The notes below the pieces were generated by a model. It did not search any database. It saw only the letters and a list, made by a program, of their open reading frames with translations, and was not told where the DNA came from. Positions 10,818 through 22,828 of a stretch of 64,000 bases of DNA are shown here, piece after piece. Origin of the DNA: Raja brachyura. Its lineage: Eukaryota. The position numbers and the translations under genes were made by a program. The first letter of the stretch is position 1, and every line of letters begins with the position of its first letter. The DNA lies in the NCBI GenBank assembly GCA_963514005.1, contig OY740790.1, positions 4,340,001 through 4,404,000 on the forward strand. The letters run 5' to 3'.

Positions 10818-11249
10818 CAATCAACCTCCGGAAGGAGAACGTTTTTAGTTTTGAGATACAGCACGGACACGGGCCCTTCAGCCCACTGCGTCCGTGCCGG
10901 CCAGTGGTTCCTGTACACTAGCGCTATCCGACACACTAGGATCAATTTACAATCTTTAACCTACAAACCGGCACATCTTTGGAGTGCGGGAGGAAACCGG
11001 AGCACCCGGAGAAAACCCACGCAGTCACGGGGAGAACGTACAAAGTCCGTGCTGACAGCGCCCGTAGTCAGGGTCAAACCCGGGTCTCTGGCTCTGTGAG
11101 GCAGCAACTCTACCGCTGCGCCAACTTGATGCCCCTCTAACTCGAAAAGCTGAAAGTTATAAGTTGTTGAGTCTATTGTAGATACGTATCACCCAATGTC
11201 AACAATCTATACTTGCTGGGTAATATGTACATAACTCGTAGCACAGTCT

Positions 11250-11346
11250 AAGTCTGAAGAAGGGTCTCGACCCGAAACGTCGCCTATCTCCTTCGCTCCT
11301 TAGATGCTGCTGCACCCGCTGAGTTTCTCCAGCCTTTTGTGTAACC
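11250..11346 (+). mobile_element. Stand-alone ~95-bp PLE 3' end beginning at the hammerhead motif
   Basis: Near-identical to 29861-29955. Confidence 0.85.
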
Positions 11347-12295
11347 CTATGGTTTTAATTAGTTTTGCTTGCAAATATTGTAATCTTTGAGGATGATGCT
11401 TTGTACATGAAAGCTAATTATTAAACTTATTGGTCTCAATTAGAATAGCTTAGTTTATTGTCACATATACTGAGGCACAGTGAAAAGTGAGATACAATTG
11501 AAAAGTAAGATGCAATAACTGCACCAGAGACTGCAAATGCTGGAATCTTGAACAAAAAACAACGTTTCCGGAGAACTGAAGAGGTCACGCAGCAACAGTG
11601 GTGGAAATTCACAATGTTTTGTGTTGGGACCCTTCTTCAGACCATCCCAACCCAATACATCGTCGTTTGTGCACTCTCTTCCACAGATGCTGCCTGACCC
11701 GCCGAGTTCTTCCAGCAATCTTTCAGATACAATGACTGTTGCTGAGGCATTTAGACTTCGGACGTTGGAGGTACAACGTGGAAACAGGCCCTTCGGCCCA
11801 CCCAGTCCGTGCCAGCTATCGATCACCTGTACACTAGTTCAATCCTACTCACTAGGGACAATTTACCAAGCCAATTAACCTACAAACCTGCACGTCTTTG
11901 GAGTGTGGGAGGGAACCGGAGCACCCGGAGAAAACCCATACGGTCACGGGGAGAACGTTCGAACTCTGCACGGACAGCCTCCGTTGTCGGGATCGAACCC
12001 TGGTGCTAAAAGGCAGCAACTCTACCGCTGTGCCTCGTTGCTGCCCCTGTGCCATCAATGCTATTTAATATGTAAGGAAGAGATGGATGCCATCTTGATT
12101 TGGGCAAATGGATGGCGGTGAGGGGGAAAGGGGTCAGCACGAGTGTGGTTGGCCGAAGGGCCCATTTCTGCATTCTCGCTGCCAATAACAGCAATTTCTT
12201 TGATCATTAAGCATGATTAGAAGTGATGGCGGGAGCTGAGGGAAGGTTTTATTTTGTAAGACCTTTCACACAATAAAAGAGTAGTCATGTGTGAG

Positions 12296-13245
12296 GTTGC
12301 AAGAAATTGTAGAGAATTGTGGACCATCGCACAGACCAACCTCCCTTCCATTGACTCCATCTGCACCTCACGCTGCCTCAGCAAGGCCAGCAGCATCATC
12401 AAGGACCAGTCGCACCCCGGCCGCTCCCTCTTCTCCTCTCTCCAACCAGGCGAAAGGTACAGAAGTGTGAAAACGCACACCTCCAGATTCAAGGACTGTT
12501 TCTCCGCCAGTTTATCGGGCAACTAAATCCACCCATCAACAACTAGAGAGTGGTGTTGAACTGCTGTCCACCTCATTGGGGACCCTCGGCCACTGCCCAG
12601 TCCATCACCGGCTCTGACCTCCCCACCATCGACCGGATCTATCGAAGTCCCTGCCTCAAAAAGGCAGCCAGCATCTTCAAGGACCCGCACCATCCTGGCC
12701 ACACACTCATGTCACCACTGCCACCAGGAAGAAGGTACAGGAGCCTGAAAACTGTAACGTCCAGGTTCAGGAACAGCTTCTTCTCTACAGCCATCAGGAT
12801 ATTAAACTCCACAACAAATAAGCTCTGAGCTGCAACAGACTTATTATTATTCCACTATATTTGNNNNNNNNNNNNNNNNNNNNNNNNNNNNNNNNNNNNN
12901 NNNNNNNNNNNNNNNNNNNNNNNNNNNNNNNNNNNNNNNNNNNNNNNNNNNNNNNNNNNNNNNNNNNNNNNNNNNNNNNNNNNNNNNNNNNNNNNNNNNN
13001 NNNNNTATGCTATGTTTGCATATTCTGTTGTGCTGCAGCAAGTACGGATTTCATTGTCCTATCTGGGACACATGACAATGAAACTCTCTTGAATCTTTAC
13101 TGGCTATACCTTGCACTACCTGTTATTCCCTTACCATGTGGACGGCTCGATTGTAATCATGTATTGTCTTTCCACTGACTGGATAGCACGCAACAAAAGC
13201 TTTTCACTGTACCTTGGTACACGTGACAATAAACTAAACTGAACT
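12296..13245 (+). mobile_element. Two tandem Rex1/Babar-type LINE 3' fragments spanning the assembly gap
   Basis: DPHHPGH..PLPPGRRYRSLK..TSRFRNSFF; gacaataaactaaactgaac tail. Confidence 0.78.
12864..13005. other. Assembly gap (142 N)
   Basis: Run of n. Confidence 0.99.
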
Positions 13246-13924
13246 GGTGTCTCCAGAAGCTGACAGCTTGGCATTGGCTTTGAATTGTAACCTTGTGCTT
13301 TTGATGTTTGAAGGGCAAACTCTCGCACTCTACGTTGGCTGTGCAGTAGGATGAGAAAAAAAATCAATACGTGGTCTTTCAATGCATTTTTGCCAACATT
13401 ATCGTGCAAAATATGAAGCAAATTGGTCCAAATGAGATGCCAATATTCAGCATAATTTCCTCCACAACTCGTATTCACCATTTGCACCGTCCGATAATCA
13501 TGACAATAATAAGATCATAAGTTCTAGGAGCAGAATTAGGCCATTCGCCCCATCGCGTCTACTCCGCCATTCAATCATGGCTGATCTATCTCTCCCTCCT
13601 AACCCCATTCACCTGCCTTCTCCCGAGAACCCCTGCCATAAGGACCTGATCTGCAGGGAGAGGGTGAGCAGGCTTGGACTCTATCCCTTGGAGCGCAGGA
13701 GGATGAGGGGTGATCTTGTACAAAAACATGAGAGGAATAGATCAGGTAGACGCACAGAGTCTCTTGCCCAGAGTTGGGGAAATTGAGAACCGGAGGTCAT
13801 CGGTTTTACGGTGAAGTGGGAAAGATTTAATGGGAATCTGAGGGGTAACATTCCCTCTCAGCCCCATTCTCCTGCCTTCTCCCCCTTATCCTCTGACACC
13901 CATACTAATCAAGAATCTGTCACT

Positions 13925-15268
13925 GTTGTGTTAAAGAAGGAACTGCAGATGCTGGAGAATTGAGGGTTACACAAAATTTCCCTACCATTCCTTGACCTCA
14001 CCATGTCTATTGCAGGTGACACACTCCTGACCGACATCCACTACAAACCAACTGACTCCCACAGCTACCTGGACTACTCTTCCTCCCACCCTGCTTCCTG
14101 TAAGGACTCCATCCCCTATTCCCAATTCCTCCGTCTATGCCCCATCTGCTCCCAGGATGAGGTGTTCCACACCAGGTCATCACAAATGTCCTCGTTCTTC
14201 AGAGAACAGGGATTCCCCTCCCCCACTATAGATGAGGCTCGCACCAGGGTCTCCTCCATACCCCGCAACACTGCCCTCTCTCCCCATTCCCCCACTCACA
14301 ACAAGGGCCGAGTCCCCCTGGTCCTCACCTTTCACCCCACCAGCCAGCGCATACAACAGATAGTCCGCCAGTTTCGCCACCTCCAACGTGACCCCTCCAC
14401 TCGCCACATCTTCCCATCTCCCCCCCCTGTCTGTCTTCCGCAAAGACCGCTCCCTCCGCAACTCCCTGGTCAATTCTTCCCTTCCCTCCCGCTCCACCCC
14501 TTTCCCGGGCACTTTCCCTTGCAACCGCAAGAGATGCTACACTTGTCCCTTCACCTCCCCCATCCACTCCTTTCAGGGACTCAAGCCGTCATCCCAAGTC
14601 CGACAGAGGTTCACCTGCACCTCCTCCAACCTCATCTACTGCATCCGTTGCTCCAGATGCCAGCTGATCTACATCGGTGAGACCAAGCGGAGGCTAGGCG
14701 ATCGTTTCGCCGAACACCTCCGCTCGGTCCACAATAACCAACCCGACCTCCCGGTGGCTCAGCACTTCAACTCCCCCTCCCATTCCGTATCTGACCAATC
14801 GGTCCTGGGCCTCCTCCACGGCCAGGGTGAGCAACACCGCAAGTTGGAGGAACAGCACCTCATATTCCGCTTGGGGAGTCTGCATCCTCTGGGCTTAAAC
14901 ATTGAATTTTCTCAATTCTGTTAACCCAGACTGCCCCCTCCCCCTCCCCACCTCTCCCTCAGCCCTCGGGCCCTGACATTCCTTCTCCATCTCCCAACCC
15001 CCCCCTCCCCCACCCCCCCACCCCAGTCGCACTAGCTTCTCATTTTCACACCACAAACAGCTTACAATGGCCTGCTTCCTTTATCATCAATACTTTCTTG
15101 CATATCTTTCATTCATTGTTCTTTATCTCTCCACATCACCGTCTATATCTCTCGTTTCCCTGATCCCTGACCAGTCTGAAGAAGGGTCTCGACCGGAAAC
15201 GTCGCCTATCTCCTTCGCTCCTTAGATGCTGCTGCACCCGCTGAGTTTCTCCAGCTTTTTGTGTAACC
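13925..15268 (+). mobile_element. 5'-truncated Penelope-like element (same family) with an inverted pLTR fragment at its 5' end
   Basis: RT C-terminus and GIY-YIG ORFs (14003-14680, 14388-14924); TSD caagaatctgtcact 13910-13924 / 15269-15283; 13925-13976 is the reverse complement of the pLTR terminus and its extension. Confidence 0.9.
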
Positions 15269-16026
15269 CAAGAATCTGTCACTCTCCAGTAAACTAAACT
15301 AAACGATGTTTTACAGATGCAGCTGGCAACGGGCCCTTCGGCCCACAGAGTCCATGCTGTCCATCCATCACCCGTTCTCACCAGTCTTGTTTTTCCACTT
15401 TCTCACCCTCTCGATACACTAGGGGCAATTTAGAGGCCAATTAACCTACAAACCCACATGTCCCTGGAATGTGAGGGAAACCATGGCACCCGGAGAAAAC
15501 CCACACTAACAACAGTTTTACGTGCCTTGAGATCTATTTATAGACAATAGACAACAGGTGCAGGAGTAGGCCATTCAGCCCTTCTATCCCCATTCCTGCC
15601 TTCTCCCCATATCCCCTGACTCCACTATTTTTAAGAGCCCTATCCAGCTCTCTCTTGAAAGCATCCAGAGAACCGGCCTCCGCCGCCCTCTGAGGCAGAG
15701 TTCCACAGACTCACAAATCTCTGTGAGAAAAAGTGTTTCCTCTTCTCCGTTCTAAATGGCTTGCTCCTTATTCTTAAACTGTGGCCCCTGGTTCTGGACT
15801 CGCCCAACATCAGGAACATGTTTCCTGTCCCTAGCATGTCCAAGCCCTTAACAATCTTATATGTTTCAATGAGATCCCCTCTCATCCTTCTGAACTCCAG
15901 AGTGTACAAGCCCAGCTGCTCCATTCTCTCAGCTATTTGAATGCTGCAAATGGTGTGCAAACACTGAAATACCTTAATGAAAGTGAAAGTCCTGAGTGCA
16001 TACTCTAGTACATTGCGAATGCTTAC

Positions 16027-16160
16027 CTGTTATGCGGAGACCCAGCTAAGCTTAAGTGATTTGCTTCTTGGAATTCCCTCGGAATTCATTTGAAATATTT
16101 TGTTTTAAATTCCACTTTGAAACTATAACAGACAAGTTCTTCCCCAACTCTGAGTCTTGG
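16027..16160 (-). other. APOBEC4: Candidate non-coding first exon of APOBEC4 (5' end approximate)
   Basis: Near-consensus donor CAG|GTAAGC (GT at 16026-16025) in a non-repetitive island; gives a ~6.3-kb intron and the two-exon structure known from mammalian APOBEC4. Confidence 0.55.
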
Positions 16161-16169
16161 CCGTCTGAG

Positions 16170-16295
16170 TTGTTGTTTCATTGCTAAGGTGAGGCATGGT
16201 TGGGTTTGGAAGTGAAATGAATGCAGTTGGTTGCATGGTAATGTTGTTGTGTTTGGATACAGTTCCTTTGTGTGCAGCTTGTGTTTACAATGGAC
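16170..16295 (-). promoter_or_regulatory. Candidate APOBEC4 promoter: RFX X-box, MYB and forkhead motifs
   Basis: GTTGCATGGTAAT 16230-16242 (X-box-like), CAGTTGG 16224-16230 (MYB), TGTTTAC 16282-16288 (forkhead), weaker X-box-like GTTTCATTGCTAAG 16175-16188. Confidence 0.45.
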
Positions 16296-16654
16296 TTGGC
16301 AGGTCATTTCACTGCATTCAAGTCCTGCCAGAAGATCAGAGAGCTTTAATTGCATAATCTTCATACTAAAATGGTGAATCAATTGCTGCTTTGATTTCAA
16401 ACAAAGGACAGACACAAAATGCTGGAGTAACTCAGCGGGACAGGCAGCATCTCTGGAGAGAAGGAATGGGTGATCTTTCGGGTCGAGACCCTCCTTCAGA
16501 CTTGTTAGAGATAAGGGAAACGAGAGGTATTTAAGAATAAGGGGTAAGCCATTTAGAACGGAGATGAGGAGAAACGTTTTCACATGGTGAGTTCGGAGTC
16601 TGTGGAATTCTCTGCCTTAAAAAGCAGCGGAGACCAATTCTCTGGAGGCTTTCA

Positions 16655-17323
16655 TAGAAACATAGAAACATAGAAAAATAGGTGCAGGAGTAGGCCATTC
16701 GGCCCTTTGAGCCTGCACCGCCATTCAATATGATCATGGCTGATCATCCAACTCCGTATCCCGTACCTGCCTTCTCTCCATACCCTCTGATCCCTTTAGC
16801 CACAAGTGCCACATCTAACGCCCTCTTAAATATAGCCAATGAACTGCCCTCAACTACCTTCTGTGGCAGAGAATTCCAGAGACTCACCACTCTCTGTGTA
16901 AAGAATGGTTTCCTCATCTCGGTCCTAAAGGAATTCCCCCTTATCCTTAGACTGTGACCCCTTGTTCTGGACTCCCCCAACATCGGGAACAATCTTCTAG
17001 CATCTAGCTTGTCCAACCCCTTAAGAATTTTGTACGTTTCTACAAGATCCCCCCTCAATCTTCTAAATTCCAGCGAGTACAAGCCGAGTCTATCCAGTCT
17101 TTCCTCATATGAAAATCCTGACATCCCAGGAATCAGTCTGGTGAATCTTCTCTGTACCCCCTCTATGGCAAGAATGTCTTTCCTCAGATTTGGAGACCAA
17201 AACTGTACGCAATACTCCAGGTGTGGCCTCACCAACACCCTGTACAACTGCAGTAGAACCTCCCTGCTCCTATACTCAAATCCTTTTGCTATGAATGCTA
17301 ACATACCATTTGCTTTCTTCACT
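16655..17323 (-). mobile_element. CR1-clade LINE 3' end
   Basis: 192-aa ORF2 C-terminus (RPHLEYCVQFWSP...WNSLP). Confidence 0.93.
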
Positions 17324-18094
17324 CTAACATACCATTTGCTTATATAGCCAATGAACTGGCATCAACGACCATCTGTGGCAGAGAATTCCAGAGACTCACC
17401 ACTCTCTGTGTAAAGAATGTTTTCCTCATCTCGGTCATAAAGGAATTCCCCCTTATCCTTAGACTGTGACCCCTTGTTCTTTCAAGAGAGAGTGAGATAG
17501 AGCTCTTAAAGATAGCGGAGTCAGGGGATATGGGGAGAAAGCAGGAACGGGGTACTGATTGTGGATGATCAGCCATGATCACAGTGAATGGCGGTGCTGG
17601 CTCGAAGGGCCGAATGGCCTCCTCCTGCACCTATTGTCTATATAGACGGAAATAGATTGATTTAAAACAATGTTGACAGTTATGCTTTTTAAAAACATTA
17701 CAGGCACCCAGTTTGAAAAGATCTGAAGGATTGTATGATCAAAGTTGTCACTTCAAAATACAACATTTTAATAGCTCCATTTCCTAACCTTGGTTTAGAA
17801 CATTTGGGAGACCATTCTGCTGGGGAACATAGAAGGGCAGAATTTGGTGGGGACCCGCCACAAATAAGAGGAGGGATATCACCCTAGGGGGCACAAGAGT
17901 GTTAATGTTGCATTAGAGTCATATACTGTGGAAACAGGCCCTTCGGCCGTACCTATGCTAGTCCCACCTGCCTGCGTTTGGCCCATTTCCCTCTAAACCT
18001 GTCCTATCCTATCCATGTACCTGTTTAAATTATTCTTAAACGTTACGATAGCACCAGCCTCAACTACCTCTTCTGGCAGCTTGTTCAATACACC

Positions 18095-18750
18095 TGTGTG
18101 TGGGAGGGAGGTGTGTTTGTGTGTTTGAGTGTTTGTGTGTGTGTGTTGTGTTTGTGAGTTGTGTGTGTGTGTGTGCTGCGTGTGTGTGGTGTGTGTGGTG
18201 TGGTGTGTGGTGTGTGTGTGGTTGGTGTGTGGTTGGTGTGTGGTGTGGTGTGCGTGGTGTGGTGTGTGGTGTGTGTTTGTGTGAGGTGTGTGTTTGTGTG
18301 TGAGGTGTGAGGTGTGAGGTGTGTGTTGTGAGTTGTGTGTGTGTGTGTTTGTGTTATGTGTGTGCGTGTTTGTGTTATGTGTGTGCTGCGTGTATGTGTT
18401 TGTGTGCATGTGTTTGTGTGTGTGTGTTGTGTGTGTGTGTCTGTGTTGTGTGTGTGTGTGTGTTATGTGTGTGTGCTGCGTGTATGTGGTTGTGTGTGTT
18501 GTGTGCATGTGTGTGTGTGTTGTGTGCATGTGTGTGTGTGCATTGTGTGTGTGTGCGTTGTGTGTGTGTGTTGTGCACATATGTGTTGTGCGTGTGTGTT
18601 GTGCGTGTGTGTTGTACGTGTGTGTTGTGCGCGTGTGTGTTGTGCGCGTGTGTGTGTGTGCGTTGTGTGTGTGTGCGTTGTGTGTGTTGTGCACATATGT
18701 GTTTGTGTGTGTGTGTGTTGTGCGTGTATGTGTGTGTGTGTGTTGTGTGT
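18095..18750. repeat. Degenerate (GT)n microsatellite tract
   Basis: ~650 bp of interrupted GT repeats. Confidence 0.97.
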
Positions 18751-19418
18751 ACTGTCTTTTTCTGCATTTTCCGCATTCTCCCTGTGACCGCGTGGGATTT
18801 CTCCGCATGCTCCGGTTTCCCAAAGACATGCAGCTTTGTAGGTTGTGTAGGAAGAGACTGTAGTTGGTCGTTTGAACCAAAGATAGGCACAAAATGCAGG
18901 CTCTCAACCCAAAACATCACCATTCCTTCTCTCCAGAGATGTTGTCTGTCCCGCTGAGTTACTCCAGCATTTTATGTCTATCTTCAGCTTTGTTGGTTAA
19001 TTGGCTTCTGAAAATATTCTCTTGCATCTACTTTAGAAAGTGATTATGGGTTGGTGTGGCTAGCATGGGGTCGGTGGGCCGAAGGGCCTGTTTGCACACT
19101 GTATTTCCAAACTAAAATGTACTAAATCCCTCTAAACCTCTTCTATCCATGCGTCTCCTTCCACATATGAAATTTGATATTTCTGGTATTTGTGGATATT
19201 GTCACATATGAAATGAATCATGACGCAGTGAAATACATGTTGCATATAATGCGGGCGCTGCCATGTTTGGCTCCATTTCATCTCTCATTCTACCACAGAG
19301 GCTCCCGATCCCCTCCGCTACCCACCACCGGTTCGGCCCACAAACCCTGGTCTCATTCTCCTACATGCTGCCTGACCCACTGAGCTCACACACAATGCTG
19401 GTGAAGCATGAAGTGTAA

Positions 19419-19977
19419 AGGGCCTGTCCCACCAGCATGCAACTCTATGCGATGAGTGCGACCTAACGTGGTCGCTTGAGCCGTCCGGCGTCGCGGCGCC
19501 GGTCCCACTTCGATCGCCGGAGCCGTGCGGAATTGTGCGGAGTTCGTCCCGACATCGCGCGGGGCTCCGAAAAACTGACTCTGTTCAAAAATTCCGCGCG
19601 GCAACGGCTTGTCGACTCGCAGTCACCTCGACGCATTACACACCGCCTAGACGTCGTGCCTCCGTGACCCTCTCTGTGTGTGGCTCCGTGGCCCTCTGTG
19701 TGTGTGTGCGCCTTTGTGATCCTCTCTGTGTGCCCCTCTCTGTCCTGGTGAACTTACCTTTAAGACTTCGCTCCAAGTTCGCCTCACTTTGCACCGCGTT
19801 GCGCCACTCACCCGACCTCCGCGCGGCCCTCGCTGCCGGTTTGGTCGCGCTTGCCACATGCTGGCGCATGCTGGTGGGAACGGCCCTGTACAGGGGATCA
19901 CCCGACCTCCGCGCGGCCCCCGCTTCTAGTTTGATCGCGCTCACTGCATGGAGTCGGATGTTGGTAGGACAGGCCCT
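19419..19977. mobile_element. PIF/Harbinger-like MITE (GC-rich subfamily) with duplicated right end
   Basis: AGGGCCTGTCC...GGACAGGCCCT; TAA/TTA flanks; similar to 63103-63590. Confidence 0.82.
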
Positions 19978-20207
19978 TTACTATTTAAATTTGCAAGGCC
20001 TACATGGCTGCCATCTTGATGTGGGCAAATGGGTTTGGTGCAGATGGGCAAAAGGGTCAGCATGAACGTGATGGGCTGAAGGGCCTATTTTTGCGTTCTC
20101 GCTGCTGCATACCAAAGCCATAATTTCCTTCATTTAAATTTTTTTTTAAATCTCCATTGCTGCTTTGGCTTCCTCTTTTCAACTCCCAAGTAGACTTTTC
20201 GTTTCAG

Positions 20208-20303
20208 AAGCAAAGATCTCCCATGGCAACACACAATTATGTTAAAAATGCTGTGGTTGCATTGAATGACGATGTCAGCACATGGCACCAGAACGTTGAG
20301 AAA
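20208..20303 (+). CDS. Candidate exon of the host gene (RGL1-like long-isoform N-terminus), MATHNYVKNAVVALNDDVSTWHQNVEK, coding 20223-20303
   Basis: Pyrimidine-rich acceptor cttttcgtttcAG at 20206-20207, ATG 20223, phase-0 donor AAA|GTGAGA; D.V..W pattern weakly resembles the human RGL1 long-isoform N-terminus (from memory); antisense to APOBEC4 as expected from synteny. Confidence 0.35.
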
Positions 20304-20373
20304 GTGAGACTAACATCTGGTTTCTTGTACTGTTTGAATTTGAAAGCCATCTCCTTCATACGATGCTGTGTAA

Positions 20374-20749
20374 AGCCCCTGTCCCACTTAGGAGACCTCT
20401 GGTGACCTTGCCCGCCACCCAAAATAAATCAAGGTTGAGGTGATCTGCAACCTCCTACCACCTCGCACACATATGTTGAAAACCTTCCTCAACTATGAAG
20501 AAAACCGGCTTCGACTAGACCTGTGACTAAAACATCATCGATTTTTAATCGGCAACCTATTTTTAGTCAAGGCCGGTTTTAAACACGATGAAAAAGTAGC
20601 AGCAACCTAGATGAAGCCTCGACCATGCGGAAACCACTTTCGACCATTAGGGAGAGTGGTCAAAACCTCCGGTGACCTCATGGCAACCTTGGGCGGCGGG
20701 CAAGGTCACCAGAGGTTGCTGTTTAGGTCTCCTAAGTGGGACAGGGGCT
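20374..20749. mobile_element. PIF/Harbinger-like MITE
   Basis: 25-bp perfect TIR agcccctgtcccacttaggagacct; TAA TSD. Confidence 0.88.
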
Positions 20750-22828
20750 TAACGCAGATTTCAAATGCGGGTACCAGTACAAATGTTTGATGTGGACTTT
20801 AACTGTTTACATAGGAGTCTAGCTGGAAAATGCTGCTGAGTTGTTGAGCTTTGTTTGACCAGTGTTTAATTAAGCTTTAGATGAGACATTATCGGCACCG
20901 TCGTGCAATCTCTGGCCCTGGCTACTTTGTAGAAGGATTTTGGTTTGATATGAGTCTGAAGAAAGGTTTCGCCTTGAAACATCTCCTATTCCTTTTCTCC
21001 AGAGATGTTGCCTGACCCTCTGAGTTACTCTGGCATTTGTATCTGCATCTACAGTCCCTTCATGCACATTAGTATAGTTTTAAAATCAAAGGTAGACGCA
21101 AAATGCTGGAGTAACTCAGCGGGACAGGCAGCATCTCTGGAGAGAAGGAATGGGCGACTTTGCGGTTAGTTTGGTGTTAGTTTGGGTAGTGACACAGCAT
21201 GAAAACCGGCCGATCAGACCACCAAGCTCATGCCAACCATCGATCACCGACTCGCGTTAGTTCTATTTTCTCACGCTCTCATCAATTCGCTGCACGCTGG
21301 GGGCAATTTAGATGCCGATCGTTGGGATGTGGGAGGAAACCCACATGGTCTCAGGAAAAACATACAAATTCCTCACAGACAGCACCCAAGGTCTGGATTG
21401 AATGGCGGAGTAGACTTGATGGGCCGAATGGCCTAATTCTGCTCCTAGAACTTATGAACCTACAAAATGAATATTGTTACCTCTTAATTTATAAATTGGT
21501 TCAGAGGGAACCCATTTGGTTCTTAAAATGTTGGTGTTTCTTATGCTGGGCCCCATTCTTGATTTGATTTTACCCCTGTGGTTTAAAATCTGACTTGAAT
21601 TCCTAATTTGCTTTCTAATCGTGTTATCAACAGAGGCCTAGATTTATGTGAGAGGATGGAGTTTTAAAGTAGATTGGAGAGGATTAAAAAACAAACAGAG
21701 TAGTAAATATTTGGAATTCTTTACCAGAGGGGGCGCTGGAGTTGATGTCATGGGAACAGACCTAGGCCATTCGGCCCATCTAATCTACTGTGCCATTCAA
21801 TCATGGCTGACCTATCTTTCCCTCAACCCCATTCACAAGTCTTTTCCCCATAACTTCTGACACCCGAACTAATCAAGAATCTATCTATCTCTGCATAAAA
21901 TTATCCATTGACTTGGCCTCCACGGCCGTCTGTGGCAATGAATTCCACAGATTCACCGCCCTCTGACGAAAGAAATTCCTCCTCATCTCCTTTCTAAACG
22001 TATGTCCTTTAGATTCTGAGGCTATGGCCTCTGGTTGTAGACTTTCCCACATCCTCTCCGCATCTACTCTAGACTTTAGAGATACAATGCAAAAACAGGC
22101 CCTTCAACCCACCTAGTCTACTCTGGCCATTGAATCATAGATGATCTATCTTTCCCTCTGAACCCCATTCTCCCGCCTTCCCTCCATAACCCTTGACTGA
22201 GGAAGATGAACACTGTTCAAGAGATATTTGGACATTGAGGTAAAGAACGGAAGGATATGAACCAAATGTTGACAAATGCATTTGTGTGGATTTGGGAGTG
22301 GAGAGGGGTGGAAGAGAACGTTTTGGCAAGATGTTGTCAAATTAATTGGTGCAAATGGTGAGGAGTGGAGGGCAGAAAATAGAGGCAGGTTGGGTGGAAA
22401 TATAATGGGGCTGATGTTCTTATGCTGTGCAAGTTTAGAACGGACTGAACCGTATTATATTTAACCTGACTGTCAAGGGATGTGGTGAGAGGGCAGGGAC
22501 GGGGTACTGATTGTGGATGATCAGCCATGATCACAGTGAATGGCGGTGCTGGCTCGAGGGGCCTACTCCCGCACCTATTGTCCATTGACTGGTTATTTTA
22601 TGGATGTCTTCCTGAAAATGTTTGCACTACACACCATTTGAGCAGAGCAGAATTCACATGGAAGACGTGTGACACCTTTGTAGACCAGGAAGAAAATATA
22701 TGGTATATTTCTTAACCAATATTTCTAAGAAGATGAATGACTGACTACTTGGCTTGGCTTGTTAAATTATCATTCTTAACAACACCCTGGATACGTTTAT
22801 CTCTGCCTGTTGCAGTAACTCACTTTTG

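Noticed and set aside
12060-12210. Diverged similarity to 19980-20135
   Set aside because: Probably old LINE/SINE tail remnants; too degenerate to claim a specific duplication.
12847-13178. ORFs spanning X runs
   Set aside because: Artefacts of the N gap.
17993-18957. Long His/Thr- and Cys/Val-rich ORFs (up to 304 aa)
   Set aside because: Translations of a degenerate (GT)n microsatellite, open in several frames on both strands.
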